In this document: positions 30,086 through 32,000 of the stretch, piece by piece
Layout: each line of letters starts with the position of its first letter
Numbering within the stretch: position 1 is the stretch's first letter
Origin: Capsulimonadales bacterium
GTDB lineage: Bacteria; Armatimonadota; Armatimonadia; Armatimonadales; Armatimonadaceae
Direction: 5' to 3'
DNA length: 32,000 nucleotides
Assembly: GCA_033762295.1 (NCBI GenBank)
Contig: JANRLW010000115.1
Span: 1-32,000 of the forward strand
The notes under the pieces: model-generated
Told to the model about the DNA's origin: nothing
Database searches by the model: none
The model's input: the letters and a program-made list of their open reading frames with translations, nothing else
Translations under genes and position numbers: made by a program

Positions 30086-32000
30086 TCATTTCGCCGCCCG
30101 AATGACCTCCGATCCGTCCAGGGCGAACGCAATCGCCTCCTCGGCGGTCATTCTTTCACCCTCGATCAGAGCGGTCGCAAAGCCCGTACGCCCGAGAACC
30201 GCGCGCAGTTCGTCCTCATGGCGGTCGTGACGCGTCCGCAGGTGCGGAGCCACCGGTGCGCCGAGGGTGTCCCGGCGCGCGGTCGCCGCGGCGTAAAGAC
30301 GGGCGGCCCGGTCGTGCTTCTGAGACAGCAACGCCAGGGCGGCAAAGGCCTCCAGCGTCTCGGTCACCATCAGGTTCTGGCCGAGATCGCGGAACAGCAA
30401 AAGCGCGCGAGCCAGGAACTGCCCGGCCCGGGACTCATCGCCCTCATCGATCGCAACCCAGCCCAGACCGTACAAATTGAGCGCCTCGCCGATCCGGTTG
30501 CCAATCTCGCAATGGATGTCCATCGACTCGGTCAGCAGCGAACGGGCGTCCGCCCAATCCTCCCGGTGCCGTGAGAGCAGTCCCAGATAGTGCAGGTTGA
30601 GCGCCTCTCCCATCCGGTTTCCGGTCTCCCGGTTGATCGATAGCGATCGGACCTTGTATTCGCGCGCGCTGTCATAGTCCCCCTGATCCATCATCAGCAT
30701 CCCCAGGCCGTTCAGATTGGCGGCGGTACGATCCCGGCTGCCGATCTCCTCGCTGATCGCGAGAGCCTCCTCGAAAAAGGTACGGGCCTTCTCGTAATTT
30801 CCCTGGTTCCGCTCGATCAGGCCGAGACCGAACAGGTTCGCCGCCTCGCCGGACCGGTCACCGGTCCGGCGATTGATCGCCAGCGCCTGCGCCATGAAGT
30901 TGCGGGCCGCGGGGAAATCGCTCTGGTTCCAGGCGATCAGGCCCAGATTTCCCAGGTTGGATGCCTCCCCGGCCTGCGCCCCGATCTCCCGGTTGATCGC
31001 CAGCGCCTGCTCCTGATAGGACCGGGCCGCCGCGTAATCCCCCTGACCGCGGGTGACCAGTCCGAGACCGTCCAGGTTGTTCGCCTCGCCGAAACGGTTC
31101 CCGATCTGCCGATTGATCGCCAGCGCCTGCTCCATGAAGTCGCGGGCGGCGCCGTAGTCGCCCTGATTCCAGGACAGCATCCCTTCGCCGTTCAGAGCCT
31201 TGGCGCGGGCGGCGGTCGGCGCCTGCGCGCGCGGATGCGCCAGCGCCGTCGCCAGATGCTCTCGCCCCTCGCTCAGGTGACCGTGAATCAGCCAGAACCA
31301 CCACAACGCCCCGGTCAGGCGCAGGGCGACCTCGGCTCCTTCCCCGGTCTCCTGACAATGGGCCAGTGCGGCGCGCAGGTTGTCATGCTCCTGCTCCAGT
31401 CGGTGAAGCCAGTTCCCCTGCTCCGCGCTTCGAAGGTTCGGTTCGGCCTCCTCGGCCAGAGCGACGAACCAGTCGCGGTGCCGGTCCCGAACCTCCTTCT
31501 CCTCCCCGCTTTCGAACAGTTTCTCACGACCGTACTGCCGCACGGTCTCCAGCATCCGGTACCGGGTCTCGCCACGGGTCGTCTCGGCCACGACCAGGGA
31601 TTTATCGACCAGACTTGTCAGAAGGTCCAGCACCTCCCAGTCCTCGACCTCGCCGCCCGCGCCGACCGCTTCGGCGGCCTCCAGGGGCCACCCGCCCGCA
31701 AACAGCGTCAGACGGTGCAACAGGAGGCGCTCCGGATCGGTCAGCAGACCGTAGCTCCAGTCAAACAGCGCGCGAAGCGTCTGCTGTCGGGGAAGCGCGG
31801 TGCGACTGCCCCCGGTGAGCAGTCGGAACAACTGGTCCAGACGCCGGTCAATCTCCTCGACCGTCAGGGATTTGACCCGCGCGGCGGCCAGTTCGATGGC
31901 CAGGGGTATCCCGTCGAGCCGGGCGCAGACAGACGCGACCGCGCGCGCGTTCGCCTCGGTCAGGGCAAAGTTCGGCTGAACGGTCGTGGCCCGCTCGACG
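30086..32000 (-). CDS. STAND (NB-ARC/AP-ATPase-like) NTPase C-terminal part: GxP/winged-helix region, helical linker and a TPR array. The 5' end (NTPase core and any effector/DNA-binding domain) is outside the window
   Basis: The reading frame stays open upstream of the track start (31831) to the window edge (...FALTEANARAVASVCARLDGIPLAIELAAARVKSLTVEEIDRRLDQLFRLLTGGSRTALPRQQTLRALFDWSYGLLTDPERLLLHRLTLFAGGW). 'LDGIPLAIELAAAR' matches the GLPL/GxP motif of NB-ARC-type STAND proteins. TPR units follow. Confidence 0.8.
   Translation of the reverse strand, partial: VERATTVQPNFALTEANARAVASVCARLDGIPLAIELAAARVKSLTVEEIDRRLDQLFRLLTGGSRTALPRQQTLRALFDWSYGLLTDPERLLLHRLTLFAGGWPLEAAEAVGAGGEVEDWEVLDLLTSLVDKSLVVAETTRGETRYRMLETVRQYGREKLFESGEEKEVRDRHRDWFVALAEEAEPNLRSAEQGNWLHRLEQEHDNLRAALAHCQETGEGAEVALRLTGALWWFWLIHGHLSEGREHLATALAHPRAQAPTAARAKALNGEGMLSWNQGDYGAARDFMEQALAINRQIGNRFGEANNLDGLGLVTRGQGDYAAARSYQEQALAINREIGAQAGEASNLGNLGLIAWNQSDFPAARNFMAQALAINRRTGDRSGEAANLFGLGLIERNQGNYEKARTFFEEALAISEEIGSRDRTAANLNGLGMLMMDQGDYDSAREYKVRSLSINRETGNRMGEALNLHYLGLLSRHREDWADARSLLTESMDIHCEIGNRIGEALNLYGLGWVAIDEGDESRAGQFLARALLLFRDLGQNLMVTETLEAFAALALLSQKHDRAARLYAAATARRDTLGAPVAPHLRTRHDRHEDELRAVLGRTGFATALIEGERMTAEEAIAFALDGSEVIRAAK
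30365..31204 (-). repeat. Seven consecutive 40-aa (120-nt) TPR units inside the STAND gene
   Basis: The units read AKALNGEGMLSWNQGDYGAARDFMEQALAINRQIGNRFGE / ANNLDGLGLVTRGQGDYAAARSYQEQALAINREIGAQAGE / ASNLGNLGLIAWNQSDFPAARNFMAQALAINRRTGDRSGE / AANLFGLGLIERNQGNYEKARTFFEEALAISEEIGSRDRT / AANLNGLGMLMMDQGDYDSAREYKVRSLSINRETGNRMGE / ALNLHYLGLLSRHREDWADARSLLTESMDIHCEIGNRIGE / ALNLYGLGWVAIDEGDESRAGQFLARALLLFRDLGQNLMV. Confidence 0.85.

Noticed and set aside
29751-30230. Plus-strand ORF of 159 aa in the AT-rich spacer
   Set aside because: It has no RBS and no motif content, a composition dominated by the AT-rich spacer, and it runs antisense into the STAND gene's 3' end.
1-32000. CRISPR arrays, tRNA/rRNA genes, IS elements, integrases and prophage genes
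   Set aside because: I noticed no regularly spaced direct repeats, no cloverleaf-like conserved tRNA segments in the short intergenic gaps, and no transposase, integrase or phage structural motifs in any ORF. A tRNAscan/Infernal/ISfinder run would be needed to be definitive.

Overview
High-GC bacterial chromosomal segment. Hand counts on sampled 60-nt lines give about 65-70% GC in most genes, about 48-50% across 579-2900, 43-53% in two lines sampled from the outer-membrane gene at 18239-19525, and an AT-rich spacer at 29737-30085. I support 27 protein-coding genes plus one short displaced leader ORF. All except the first partial gene lie on the minus strand, and they are tightly packed (gaps of 2-70 nt, one 4-nt GTGA overlap). 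I recognised no rRNA, tRNA, CRISPR array, transposase or integrase. Content from left to right: (1) a partial secretin-N-like gene with a long Gly/Met tail. (2) A lower-GC pair: an AspH/LpxO-type hydroxylase and a beta-helix protein whose prepilin-type leader sits in a different reading frame. (3) The most interesting locus, 2939-6848: a three-gene cassette of a stand-alone RyR-domain protein, a 2TM K+ channel with a TIGYGD filter, two Rossmann modules and two RyR repeats, and a SLOG (LOG/DprA-like) sensor fused to two SLATT-like 2TM modules. I read this as a candidate ligand-gated membrane-conductance or conflict system with no signal-generating enzyme encoded nearby. (4) A ferritin-like protein with two CDGSH domains. 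(5) An AGE-like (alpha/alpha)6 protein plus GlgX, a VOC protein and a DJ-1/PfpI protein. (6) An envelope operon: an outer-membrane barrel followed by a tandemly duplicated pair of a Tat-lipoprotein beta-propeller and a partner lipoprotein. (7) A 10-kb enzyme cluster unusually rich in NTF2/SnoaL-like genes (six genes, seven domains) with ThDP, GMC, CrtI-like, alpha/beta-hydrolase and DJ-1-like enzymes. (8) The 3' part of a STAND (NB-ARC-like) NTPase with a seven-unit, 40-aa-periodic TPR array that runs off the right edge. All family calls come from motif recognition by eye. No database search was run.
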